Shown here: positions 7,073 through 14,936 of the stretch, in pieces
Layout: the number at the start of each line of letters is the position of its first letter
How positions within the stretch are numbered: the stretch's first letter is position 1
From: Cyanobacteriota bacterium
Lineage (GTDB): Bacteria; Cyanobacteriota; Cyanobacteriia; Cyanobacteriales; Nostocaceae
NCBI GenBank assembly: GCA_046045965.1
Contig: JBJOKS010000046.1
Span: 1-24,044, forward strand
Direction of reading: 5' to 3'
DNA length: 24,044 nt
Translations under genes and position numbers: made by a program
The notes under the pieces: generated by a model
The model's database searches: none
What the model saw: only the letters and a program-made list of their open reading frames with translations
Told to the model about the DNA's origin: nothing

Positions 7073-9025
7073 TTAAAGGTTTCTATATATTTCTCCTATT
7101 GTTCTCATTAGTCTATAAAAATATATGTTATCTTCCGGTAATGTTAGAGAGCCAGATATTGCAGAGAAAGCAAGACTTTCAGGTTCTGACCATCCATTTT
7201 TCCAAATTAGTTTTTTATTAGTTAAAATAATACCTTCTTTACCATCATTCCAAAAACCAGTATTTTTCATTGCTAATATTTTTTCATCAGCTTCAAGTAG
7301 TGAATCTGCGTAACTAGATATAGCATTGGATAGCTTATCTATAGGAATATTAGGAGCAATAAAAAAGCCTTCTATTTCAGAAGAGTTATTTAACTCCTGG
7401 TTAAGAAACCCTCTAAAATCTTTTAGATTAGGATCATCTGGTATTTCAGTTAAAGTGTACAATCGTGATTCAAGCTGGTGTAGTATATTTGCATCTCTAT
7501 GTTTTTGCCCTTTCAAAAATGACCACACCACAAAACCAGCACCAAACGCTATTAAAGAAGCACCCCCAGTAATAACACTAATTCCCCCCAAGGCTGAAAT
7601 AATTGTAGTAATAGCAGCTGCTCCTGATAACGTACCTGCTACCTCTAACATAGAAGCAGCAGTCCAAGCGATGAGAACCGCACCCGCACCAGTTAAAGTT
7701 CCTGTTGCTGTAGCAATTCCTAAATTTTTATAGTCTTCTGCGTCCATTTGAGACACCAGCGCAACAGATACTAAACCAGCTGCTCCTATTAAAGCTGCTC
7801 CCCCGGTAACTACCGCTAAACCTCCTAGCATTCCCAAACCACCAGCAGCTACAGAACCTCCTCCTAAGTATACCAACGTTGCGGTAGTAGCTGCTCCTCC
7901 ACTCAAACTACTAATAGCTACACCTGTCGCTGTTTCTGCTCCTAAAACAGTGAGAACACCCTGACCTGCTGGTAGAATATTTATACCTGCTTTAGTAACA
8001 AAATTAGCTACATTTTTAACTCCACCAAAGTTTTCTTTTGCAGATTCGGCATCCTTTTGCAGAAAGATATTCTGTGCCATTAAATAAACTACTTTGCTAC
8101 TATATGAAATATTAGAACCAAGAATAAATAAATTCAGAAGTTGCAAAGTATTTGGATCAGATATTTTTTCACCAGCCCGAATTTCTTTGTAAGTTCGTAA
8201 ATAGTTTTCTTTATTTTGCGGACTTAAGTATTGATTATCTTGAATTAATTGAACGATAATTACATCTACAGTAAAAGCTCTAGATTTAGCACTTGCAAGT
8301 GAATAAATATTTTTAATGGAAATAGGAATATCTGAACCAGCAATAATAGCTTCTAAATCTTCTAGATAACTAAAATCGGGAACTGGTTCTGAAGATATCA
8401 CATATTGATATGTACCTCTAATTCTTTTCTTTTCATCTTTAGAAAGCTCAGATTTAGTTAATGCTGTTTCAATCGCTTTTTCAATGATATTTAATAGACA
8501 ATTTTGATGAGCAATTTCATACCTTTGTCGAATTTGTTCATCTAAGTTAGATGAAGCTACCAAATATTGCAATAAATCTAAAGAAATAGTATCTTCTATA
8601 TATTCACTATCTTCAACTAACTCATAAATTTGTTTTACTTGGGTTTTTGTGGCATATTTACGCAGAAAATCAGCTTGATCAATTTCTTGATATATCTTGT
8701 CAGCTATTCTCACATTTGGGTCATACAAAGTATGTAAAATGAACTTGACATCATTACCTTGTAACCCAATTTTAGGGATAGAAATGGTATTATATTCAAT
8801 AATTCTCGGAGGAATTGTTAACTTATAAGAATCTCCAGACCTCAAAGTAACTTTCTGAATACCACCCCTTCTAGCAATTTCATAAGGAATAAAAACGTGA
8901 TATTTTTCCTTGAAACTATCATCATTAGCACTGGCAATTTCTGGAAATATCAAATCTTTAGTCAGATAAACCGCAACACCAGAAACCATTAGATTTAAAA
9001 ACATCCGACGGTTGATATTCATCAT
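7073..9025 (-). CDS. Tat-signal membrane protein with DnaJ-C-like segment, three helical repeats, Gly/Ala-rich hydrophobic region and a C-terminal globular domain
   Basis: 650-aa ORF. N-terminal NRRMFL twin-Arg motif, hydrophobic stretch and ASA cleavage-like site; aa ~355-502 are Gly/Ala-rich hydrophobic helices. Confidence 0.8.
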   Translation of the reverse strand: MMNINRRMFLNLMVSGVAVYLTKDLIFPEIASANDDSFKEKYHVFIPYEIARRGGIQKVTLRSGDSYKLTIPPRIIEYNTISIPKIGLQGNDVKFILHTLYDPNVRIADKIYQEIDQADFLRKYATKTQVKQIYELVEDSEYIEDTISLDLLQYLVASSNLDEQIRQRYEIAHQNCLLNIIEKAIETALTKSELSKDEKKRIRGTYQYVISSEPVPDFSYLEDLEAIIAGSDIPISIKNIYSLASAKSRAFTVDVIIVQLIQDNQYLSPQNKENYLRTYKEIRAGEKISDPNTLQLLNLFILGSNISYSSKVVYLMAQNIFLQKDAESAKENFGGVKNVANFVTKAGINILPAGQGVLTVLGAETATGVAISSLSGGAATTATLVYLGGGSVAAGGLGMLGGLAVVTGGAALIGAAGLVSVALVSQMDAEDYKNLGIATATGTLTGAGAVLIAWTAASMLEVAGTLSGAAAITTIISALGGISVITGGASLIAFGAGFVVWSFLKGQKHRDANILHQLESRLYTLTEIPDDPNLKDFRGFLNQELNNSSEIEGFFIAPNIPIDKLSNAISSYADSLLEADEKILAMKNTGFWNDGKEGIILTNKKLIWKNGWSEPESLAFSAISGSLTLPEDNIYFYRLMRTIGEIYRNL

Positions 9026-9069
9026 AAGTAAACACCTTGAAATTAAAAACCGAATGATTTTCAGATTAT

Positions 9070-9231
9070 CTCACATCTTGCACCTGGCGACTGGCGACTG
9101 GAAGTCACGGCTACACAGGCAAAACCCACCTGCGTGGGTTTGAAACCCTTGATTTTCCGTTAGTCCGCGTAGGCGGACTTGGTTTGTATAGCCGCGATTT
9201 CTAATCGCCAGGGCTTGATGCAAGATATGAG
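9070..9231. mobile_element. Nested inverted-repeat element (MITE/SDR-like)
   Basis: Outer IR CTCACATCTTGCA / TGCAAGATATGAG (12 of 13 match) and inner CTGGCGA/TCGCCAG. Hairpins AAACCCAC-ctgc-GTGGGTTT and AGTCCGC-gtag-GCGGACT; stem CGGCTACAC/TGTATAGCCG. GC-rich island in AT-rich DNA. Confidence 0.75.
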
Positions 9232-9470
9232 TTATTAAACAGCTTGTGTTACTAATCTAGTCAACACAGAATCTAGCATCGTGTTAAATTTTTACGCTGC
9301 ACACATAAATACAAATGTTATTGGCAACCATAACGTATAAGCACGAAAAACTCTATGAATAATAAATTTTTATATTTGTATAAACTTAGTGACGATGTAG
9401 TAATATTTCTCAACAATAAAAACAGGTAATAAGCTTTCACCAATTACCTAATTACCAATATTAATTTGCT

Positions 9471-9878
9471 TTATGGAGATATCCAATCTTCATCTTTCAT
9501 AGCCTTGAGTACCCGATTCAAAATCACCTTACCATTAGGTTGAATTACCTCTAAACGAATAAAATCTGGGTCACTTGGTCGCCAAGTAATTTGATATTTC
9601 AAACCATTATTATTCCAAGTGTAAACTTGACGGGCATTAGTTCCTGAAGCAACAGCACCAGACAAGCTAATATAAGAATTAGGATTACGACGGTTTTCAC
9701 CATAATAGTAATAGACATTATTATTAAATGACAACCTTACTTTCCAATCCTGATCAGCAAATGTTCCCCCTGGATAATTGTATCTCTGTGCTAGTGCAGG
9801 TTGAGTCATTGCTACATCAATAATCGCAGGTGTAGAAATACCCAAAAAAGCCGCCAATGTCATCGCTTTGTAGTTCAT
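9471..9878 (-). CDS. Hypothetical exported protein (135 aa)
   Basis: Signal-peptide-like N-terminus ending in QPALA, beta-rich mature part, and purine-rich AAAGAGAGAG upstream of the ATG. Confidence 0.75.
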   Translation of the reverse strand: MNYKAMTLAAFLGISTPAIIDVAMTQPALAQRYNYPGGTFADQDWKVRLSFNNNVYYYYGENRRNPNSYISLSGAVASGTNARQVYTWNNNGLKYQITWRPSDPDFIRLEVIQPNGKVILNRVLKAMKDEDWISP

Positions 9879-9905
9879 AAAACTCTCTCTTTGGTGAAAG
9901 TGAAA

Positions 9906-10553
9906 TTATATAGTTTCTTCTGCTTGAATATTCCTAGATATCCATAATTTAGGAAACAGCAAACCAGAATTTTCTTGATATTCCTCAAATTCAGGATATC
10001 GAGATAGAGATTTATCTTTTTTGAGCATATTGGGAACAAATATCATAGCTATAAATAACCCCAGAATTAAAAAAGGTAGCCAATGCTGAGTTAACATAGC
10101 AAATGCTAGATAAATCAATACTTCTCCTAAATAATTAGTATTACGACATCTAGCAAAGAAACCTTCTGTAATTAGTCCAGTTTTGTACTTAAGAGTATAA
10201 TATTTTTGGGCATCACTGGTAAAATGTAAAAACACACCCACAATATTTAAAGCAATAGCAGCAGCTATTAATGGTAAAGGTGGAACAGTACCACTACTAA
10301 TCAAAATAAATGGTGCTACCCAGTACAAACAAAGAAGTATAAATACAAAAATTCCCTGCGATGTAGGAATTTCTTGTTCCCATTGTTTATCTGGGAAAAT
10401 TCTATCTTTTGTTAACCAAAGAAAACCATAAGTACCATGAAGCGCAAGATAAACCCAAGCTCCAATAGTAAAATTATGGTATAACACCATTAGCCCTAAC
10501 ACTATCGCAAAAGTTATACCTTTGTGAAAATTAATCGGATACTTTACTTTCAT
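9906..10553 (-). CDS. DUF1295 / steroid 5-alpha-reductase-like (ICMT/PEMT superfamily) membrane protein
   Basis: Multi-TM protein with SDAQKY, LITEGFFARCRNTNYLGE and SLSRYPEFEEY...SGLLFP motifs. The ATG at 10553 is preferred to the TTG at 10580. Confidence 0.8.
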   Translation of the reverse strand: MKVKYPINFHKGITFAIVLGLMVLYHNFTIGAWVYLALHGTYGFLWLTKDRIFPDKQWEQEIPTSQGIFVFILLCLYWVAPFILISSGTVPPLPLIAAAIALNIVGVFLHFTSDAQKYYTLKYKTGLITEGFFARCRNTNYLGEVLIYLAFAMLTQHWLPFLILGLFIAMIFVPNMLKKDKSLSRYPEFEEYQENSGLLFPKLWISRNIQAEETI

Positions 10554-10638
10554 ATTCTGGATATTTGTGAGATTTTTCAAATTAGTGAAATAAATAGAGA
10601 GATAGGAAAATACGACCTACCCCTCTGACATCATTATT

Positions 10639-10800
10639 TCATTTCCTGGCTATTACCCATACTGCGTGAACAATACCAAGAACGTAAAAACCAAATATCG
10701 TCAAAAGTAAATTAATCCAAAAATCTTTACCGAGACCAACTTGCAAAAATACTCCTAAAGGTGGCAGAAAAATCGCTGCTAAAATCCGTACTAAATCCAT
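10639..10800 (-). CDS. YqaE/Pmp3 family small membrane protein (53 aa, not in the ORF track)
   Basis: Manual translation MDLVRILAAIFLPPLGVFLQVGLGKDFWINLLLTIFGFYVLGIVHAVWVIARK*, showing the LPPLGV/FWINLLLT/GIVHA signature. GGAGG RBS just upstream. Confidence 0.93.
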   Translation of the reverse strand: MDLVRILAAIFLPPLGVFLQVGLGKDFWINLLLTIFGFYVLGIVHAVWVIARK

Positions 10801-10895
10801 TTCAGCCTCCTGTTAATATTCCACATCTCTACAATTAACTTCACTGTCGAGCCATAAGATTCCTGAAATCATCAAGATACGGTAAACCGCACTTA

Positions 10896-11252
10896 TTAAC
10901 CACCGCTGATCTTGGCTTTGTAACCCAATTTAACCAAAATCTCTAATATTTTCTGCTTATGATCTCCTTGAATTTCAATCTCGTTCTCTTTCACAGTTCC
11001 CCCTGTACCACATTGGGTTTTTAACTGTTTCAATAAAGCAGCTAAAGTTTCTGGTTTGGTTTGAAACCCGGTAATAACTGTGACGGTTTTCCCCTTCCTT
11101 CCTGCGCGAGTAGCTTGTATTCTCACATTTTGTTGATTTGGGGGTAATTCTTGAATTGGACGTTCTACAGCTCGTTCTAAGGCTGGTGAGCTACCATTAC
11201 CAAACTCTTGGTAAACAAAGCGTTTGTCAGATTTGGGATTAGAAGAAGACAT
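10896..11252 (-). CDS. yciH: Translation initiation factor SUI1/YciH
   Basis: RAGRKGKTVTVITG...LKTQCGTGGTVKENEIEIQGDH signature. Confidence 0.93.
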   Translation of the reverse strand: MSSSNPKSDKRFVYQEFGNGSSPALERAVERPIQELPPNQQNVRIQATRAGRKGKTVTVITGFQTKPETLAALLKQLKTQCGTGGTVKENEIEIQGDHKQKILEILVKLGYKAKISGG

Positions 11253-11297
11253 ACAATTTAATTCAGATTTATTCAGGGAAAATAAACGTTTGCAGGA

Positions 11298-11311
11298 GTA
11301 GTCAACGCTAC
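11298..11311. promoter_or_regulatory. Possible NtcA box in the divergent SUI1/HupE intergenic region
   Basis: GTAGTCAACGCTAC matches GTA-N8-TAC. No properly spaced -10 box was recognised. Confidence 0.35.
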
Positions 11312-11543
11312 ATTAAGTTTACTGAATTTAAAAACTCACATTGACTCTGTTCTGTCATTTTAACCAATTAGTGATTATTACTGAGCAATATCTGACAATA
11401 AGACGCTTAATTGTATTAGCAAATCCATCACATCTTCTATCAGCTTTAACCAAAATTTTGATCAATCTGTGTGACTACGTTAATTTTTATCAGGATTAGA
11501 GTAATATAAATTACCGAAAGCAAGAATTTGAGATATAATTTTT

Positions 11544-12206
11544 ATGTTCAAAATAGCATTATCTAATTCTGAGGAATTACCCACTTCTAAACAGTATCGT
11601 CTCATAGGAGCGATCACTGCTTTAGTCCTAGTAAGTCTGCTCAGTTCATCAGGTGGAACGCCCATTGAACACACCATTTCTAACAGTTGGGAAGGTTTTA
11701 TTTGGGGTATTGCCGATCCAGTCATTGGCTTAGATCGATTAGCTGGCATCATTGCCCTGGGGTTACTTTCTGCTAAATTTATACGTGGTGTTTGGATCGG
11801 TTTAGCTTTTGTATTAGCTGCCTTAGTTGGACAAATAATACATTTGTGTCACTTAAATCTACCAGGTATAGAAATAGCCGTTGCTATTGTCTCCATCGTC
11901 TTTGGTGTAATTTTTATCCTACCTAACCCAATTAGCTGGTTAGCTTGTTCCATACTCAGTGTTATTGCTGGGTTATTTCATGGTTATGCTGATAGTCAAG
12001 CAATCATGGGTGCAGAAATGCTAACTTTAACTGCATATTTGCTTGGTGTCATCTTATCTCAAACAGCAATTGTCTTGTCTGCTAGAAAAATTGGCATCAT
12101 GATCAGCAATAAAGCAAGTAACCAGATATTAAATAAAACAATTCGTTGGGTTGGGTTAACTTTTTGTGCAATTGGTATCGTATTTTTGGCCAATGCAGTA
12201 ATCTAA
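11544..12206 (+). CDS. HupE/UreJ family membrane protein (divergent)
   Basis: GFIWGIADPVIGLDRLAGIIALGLL, LPGIEIAVA and GLFHGYA motifs with multiple TM helices. Confidence 0.8.
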   Translation: MFKIALSNSEELPTSKQYRLIGAITALVLVSLLSSSGGTPIEHTISNSWEGFIWGIADPVIGLDRLAGIIALGLLSAKFIRGVWIGLAFVLAALVGQIIHLCHLNLPGIEIAVAIVSIVFGVIFILPNPISWLACSILSVIAGLFHGYADSQAIMGAEMLTLTAYLLGVILSQTAIVLSARKIGIMISNKASNQILNKTIRWVGLTFCAIGIVFLANAVI

Positions 12207-12225
12207 TAACAAGAAAATACTTTGA

Positions 12226-12303
12226 GGGTAGTTGTGCAACTTAAATCATCACTAGGTTAGTAATTATCGTTAAAAAACTTAACACGATTCTGCACAATTA
12301 CCC
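12226..12303. repeat. 78-bp element with 13-bp terminal inverted repeats (MITE-like or terminator)
   Basis: GGGTAGTTGTGCA ... TGCACAATTACCC (12 of 13 match), just after the HupE stop codon. Confidence 0.55.
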
Positions 12304-12493
12304 ACTTAGTATAAATTCTCAAATTCCCTCATACTTCTGAAAATAACGTCAATATTGTTACCAAATACTTATTAGTTATGGATTTTACCAATCCTTCTTA
12401 TCTTATAGATGGCATTTTTTTGATTCTGAAATCTCAACTAACAGAGTTTATTGCTGATTATGAAATTATTTGATGAATATTAACCATATTACT

Positions 12494-12832
12494 ATGATGA
12501 TTTCTCAAAATTGGGGCGCTCCAGAAATGATTTCCGCAGGAATAGAAACTAGAATAAGTCGATTAGAATCTATTGTTGAGCAAATCGGTGAAGCTGTACT
12601 TTCTACTACCGAAACTATTGAACGTCTAGCTCAAAGAGTAGATGCTCTCAGTGTACAAGTAGAAGCACAGGGAAAACAAGTACAACAGCAAGGTTATCAA
12701 ATTTTTGCCTTGTGTGATGCAGTACAGAGTCTCACGGAAACTCAGAAAGATTCACTACAAGAACTCAATCAGCTCACAAAAACTGTAGATAAAATCGTGT
12801 TTTTACTGCAAAGTGCAGATGAAGAAACATGA
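12494..12832 (+). CDS. Hypothetical coiled-coil protein
   Basis: Heptad pattern ISRLESIVEQIGEAV...IERLAQRVDALSVQV. The start is uncertain (TTG 12470, or ATG 12473, 12494 or 12527). Confidence 0.7.
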   Translation: MMISQNWGAPEMISAGIETRISRLESIVEQIGEAVLSTTETIERLAQRVDALSVQVEAQGKQVQQQGYQIFALCDAVQSLTETQKDSLQELNQLTKTVDKIVFLLQSADEET

Positions 12833-12841
12833 AGTTTTCCA

Positions 12842-13522
12842 TCAAACCTTTAACTGAGTAACTGCAATATTACCAGAAAAACATATATCTACATCACTAC
12901 CAGGAGTGCGATCGCGTTTACCATATTCACCGACATAATAAAAATTATCACCTTCTATTCGATAATTCACAGGTAAAGGTTTGGTACAAGGTTGACAAAA
13001 AACCACTTCAGGATGAGCATCTTCTGGTAATAGATGGGGTAAATTAACATTCCAAAAGCTACCAGGTTTTAAAGGAACTTTCAGTAAATCTGCCAATATA
13101 TCTGATGTCCATTTAGCAGCTAAATCCCAATTGTAATCAAGCTTACCTTTGCGATAGTGGGAAATAGCAATTCCGGGAATACCGTGCATTGCAGCTTCTC
13201 TAACAGCAGCAACAGTACCGGAAATATAAGCATCCACTCCCAAATTACCACCAGCATTAATACCGGAAAGCACAAACTTGACATTTTTGCAAATTTGTGT
13301 AGTTGCAATTCTCACACAATCAGCGGGAGTACCAGAAATAGCATACTCAAATTCAGAACGACGTTGGAGTTTTATGGGTTGAGTGGTAGTAACTTGATGT
13401 CCACAACCAGACTGATGTGATGCTGGTGCAGCGATAATGACATTTTTATCGTTTACCGCTTTCAGTAAGGCTTGAATACCTGGTGCGTCGATACCATCGT
13501 CGTTGGTTAAGATTATTGTCAT
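12842..13522 (-). CDS. surE: 5'/3'-nucleotidase SurE
   Basis: ILTNDDGIDAPGI, QSGCGH, GTPADCV and SGINAGGNLG...YISGTVAAVREA. The ATG at 13522 is preferred. Confidence 0.95.
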   Translation of the reverse strand: MTIILTNDDGIDAPGIQALLKAVNDKNVIIAAPASHQSGCGHQVTTTQPIKLQRRSEFEYAISGTPADCVRIATTQICKNVKFVLSGINAGGNLGVDAYISGTVAAVREAAMHGIPGIAISHYRKGKLDYNWDLAAKWTSDILADLLKVPLKPGSFWNVNLPHLLPEDAHPEVVFCQPCTKPLPVNYRIEGDNFYYVGEYGKRDRTPGSDVDICFSGNIAVTQLKV

Positions 13523-13632
13523 GATTGTCAAGTTACTTTTAGCTCAAACAGCCGAAAATTATCCCCAGATGAGATACTTTTGACCTAGTTTCTATAGTAT
13601 TTTGATTGCAAGAGTATTTTAGGATTCATTCC

Positions 13633-14373
13633 ATGAAACAGCTACTCCAGCAATTATTTAGTAGTCACACATACCTTACCCGTCTCATTTTACCTGTATT
13701 GGTAATCATGATGATGGCTATTTCCGTCTTTGCCACACCAGCTTTCGCTACAGGAGTATATCAAATACCCAATCTGACACCAGACACCTGGGTTGTAGAT
13801 GAAGCTGATGTTATTAGCCGTTTTAATGAAGGTCAAATTAGCGGTGCTTTCAAAGAATTAGCCCAGGAAACTGGTAATGAGGTCAGAATTGTTACCGTTC
13901 ATCGTTTTGATTATGGGGAAACACCGGAAAGTTTTGCCAAAGGACTATTTGCAAAATGGTTTCCCACCGCAGAAGCGCAAGCAAATCAAACTCTGTTGGT
14001 GATTGATACTGTTACCAACGGTGCAACTATTATCAGCGGGGATCAAGTTAAAACTCTATTGACTGATGCGATCGCTAATAGTGTTACCGAACAAACCCTG
14101 GGAGCAGCATTACGGGATGGTAACAAATATAATCAAGGATTTTTGGACGTGCGCGATCGCCTAGTTGCTGTCATCTCCGGTCAACCTGATCCCGGACCAC
14201 CAGAAGAAAAACAAACCATACAGGTAGAAGGAACATTTACAAAAGCTGAAGAAACCGACAAAAACAAGGGTAATTCTACAGCTTGGGTAGTAGGATTGTT
14301 AATTGCTGCCACTGTCATTCCAATGGCAACTTACTACATCTATCAAATCAATCAACCATCAAATGAGGCTTAA
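13633..14373 (+). CDS. psb32: Photosystem II repair protein Psb32 (TPM domain)
   Basis: Signal peptide PAFA, WVVDEADVISR, FAKGLFAKWFPT, GQPDPGPP and C-terminal TM LLIAATVIPMATYY. The ATG at 13633 is preferred. Confidence 0.9.
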   Translation: MKQLLQQLFSSHTYLTRLILPVLVIMMMAISVFATPAFATGVYQIPNLTPDTWVVDEADVISRFNEGQISGAFKELAQETGNEVRIVTVHRFDYGETPESFAKGLFAKWFPTAEAQANQTLLVIDTVTNGATIISGDQVKTLLTDAIANSVTEQTLGAALRDGNKYNQGFLDVRDRLVAVISGQPDPGPPEEKQTIQVEGTFTKAEETDKNKGNSTAWVVGLLIAATVIPMATYYIYQINQPSNEA

Positions 14374-14476
14374 GTGATTGGTGATTGGTGATTGGTAATT
14401 GGTAATTGGTAATTGGTAATTGGTAAAATTTACCTCTCTTCCCTATTTCCTGTCACCTGTCACCTGTCACCTATCC
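14374..14476. repeat. STRR heptamer arrays between convergent genes
   Basis: (GTGATTG)x3 and (GTAATTG)x4 at 14374-14422, then (CCTGTCA)x3 plus CCTATCC at 14449-14476. Confidence 0.9.
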
Positions 14477-14860
14477 CTAATCTTGCACGTACTCCTTACC
14501 TGTCACTAAAGCAACTTCAGCCCGGACAAATTCCCGCCCTAAATAAGCCGCATGGTCTAAAAAAGCAACAGGACAAGGTTGAGTTTCTTCAAAAATCTTC
14601 ACACACAATTCCTTTGCCGTCCGGCCGCTAAATACAGTTGTATGAATTCTTTCCACCTTACCCCGTGCCGGAATTACCTTACCTGTTTCTGGATCTACAG
14701 CCAAACCACGTTCATCAATCACATTTGTGAAATGCTTGGCATAAATTAACCGTTCATTCTGGTCTATGTAAATAATGAAATAGCCACTAGGATCAAGGTC
14801 AATATGACGCTGAGAAAGTTGATCATCAATTGCCGTTAAATCATCAAGTATTAAATCCAT
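14477..14860 (-). CDS. DUF4346 domain protein
   Basis: IDLDPSGYFII, FSGRTAKEL and LDHAAYLGREFVRAEVAL...YVQD. The ATG at 14860 is preferred. Confidence 0.85.
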   Translation of the reverse strand: MDLILDDLTAIDDQLSQRHIDLDPSGYFIIYIDQNERLIYAKHFTNVIDERGLAVDPETGKVIPARGKVERIHTTVFSGRTAKELCVKIFEETQPCPVAFLDHAAYLGREFVRAEVALVTGKEYVQD

Positions 14861-14936
14861 ACCCATTCTCAAAAGAAAAAGTTATTTCAACATTTTTTTA
14901 CATTACAACTCAAGTGTAATTCTTCAGCTACCTTTT

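Noticed and set aside
7009..7733. Plus-strand ORFs 7009-7221, 7125-7313 and 7326-7733
   Set aside because: Shadow ORFs antisense to the 650-aa gene. The same applies to the other short ORFs nested in or antisense to nifJ, surE, the GNAT, RibD, PstS-like and nadC genes.
11253..11543. Cobalamin riboswitch upstream of HupE/UreJ
   Set aside because: No recognisable B12-box or conserved core; the region is AT-rich and looks unstructured by eye.
14413..14631. 72-aa ORF starting in the STRR array
   Set aside because: Translation of repeats plus antisense overlap with the DUF4346 gene.
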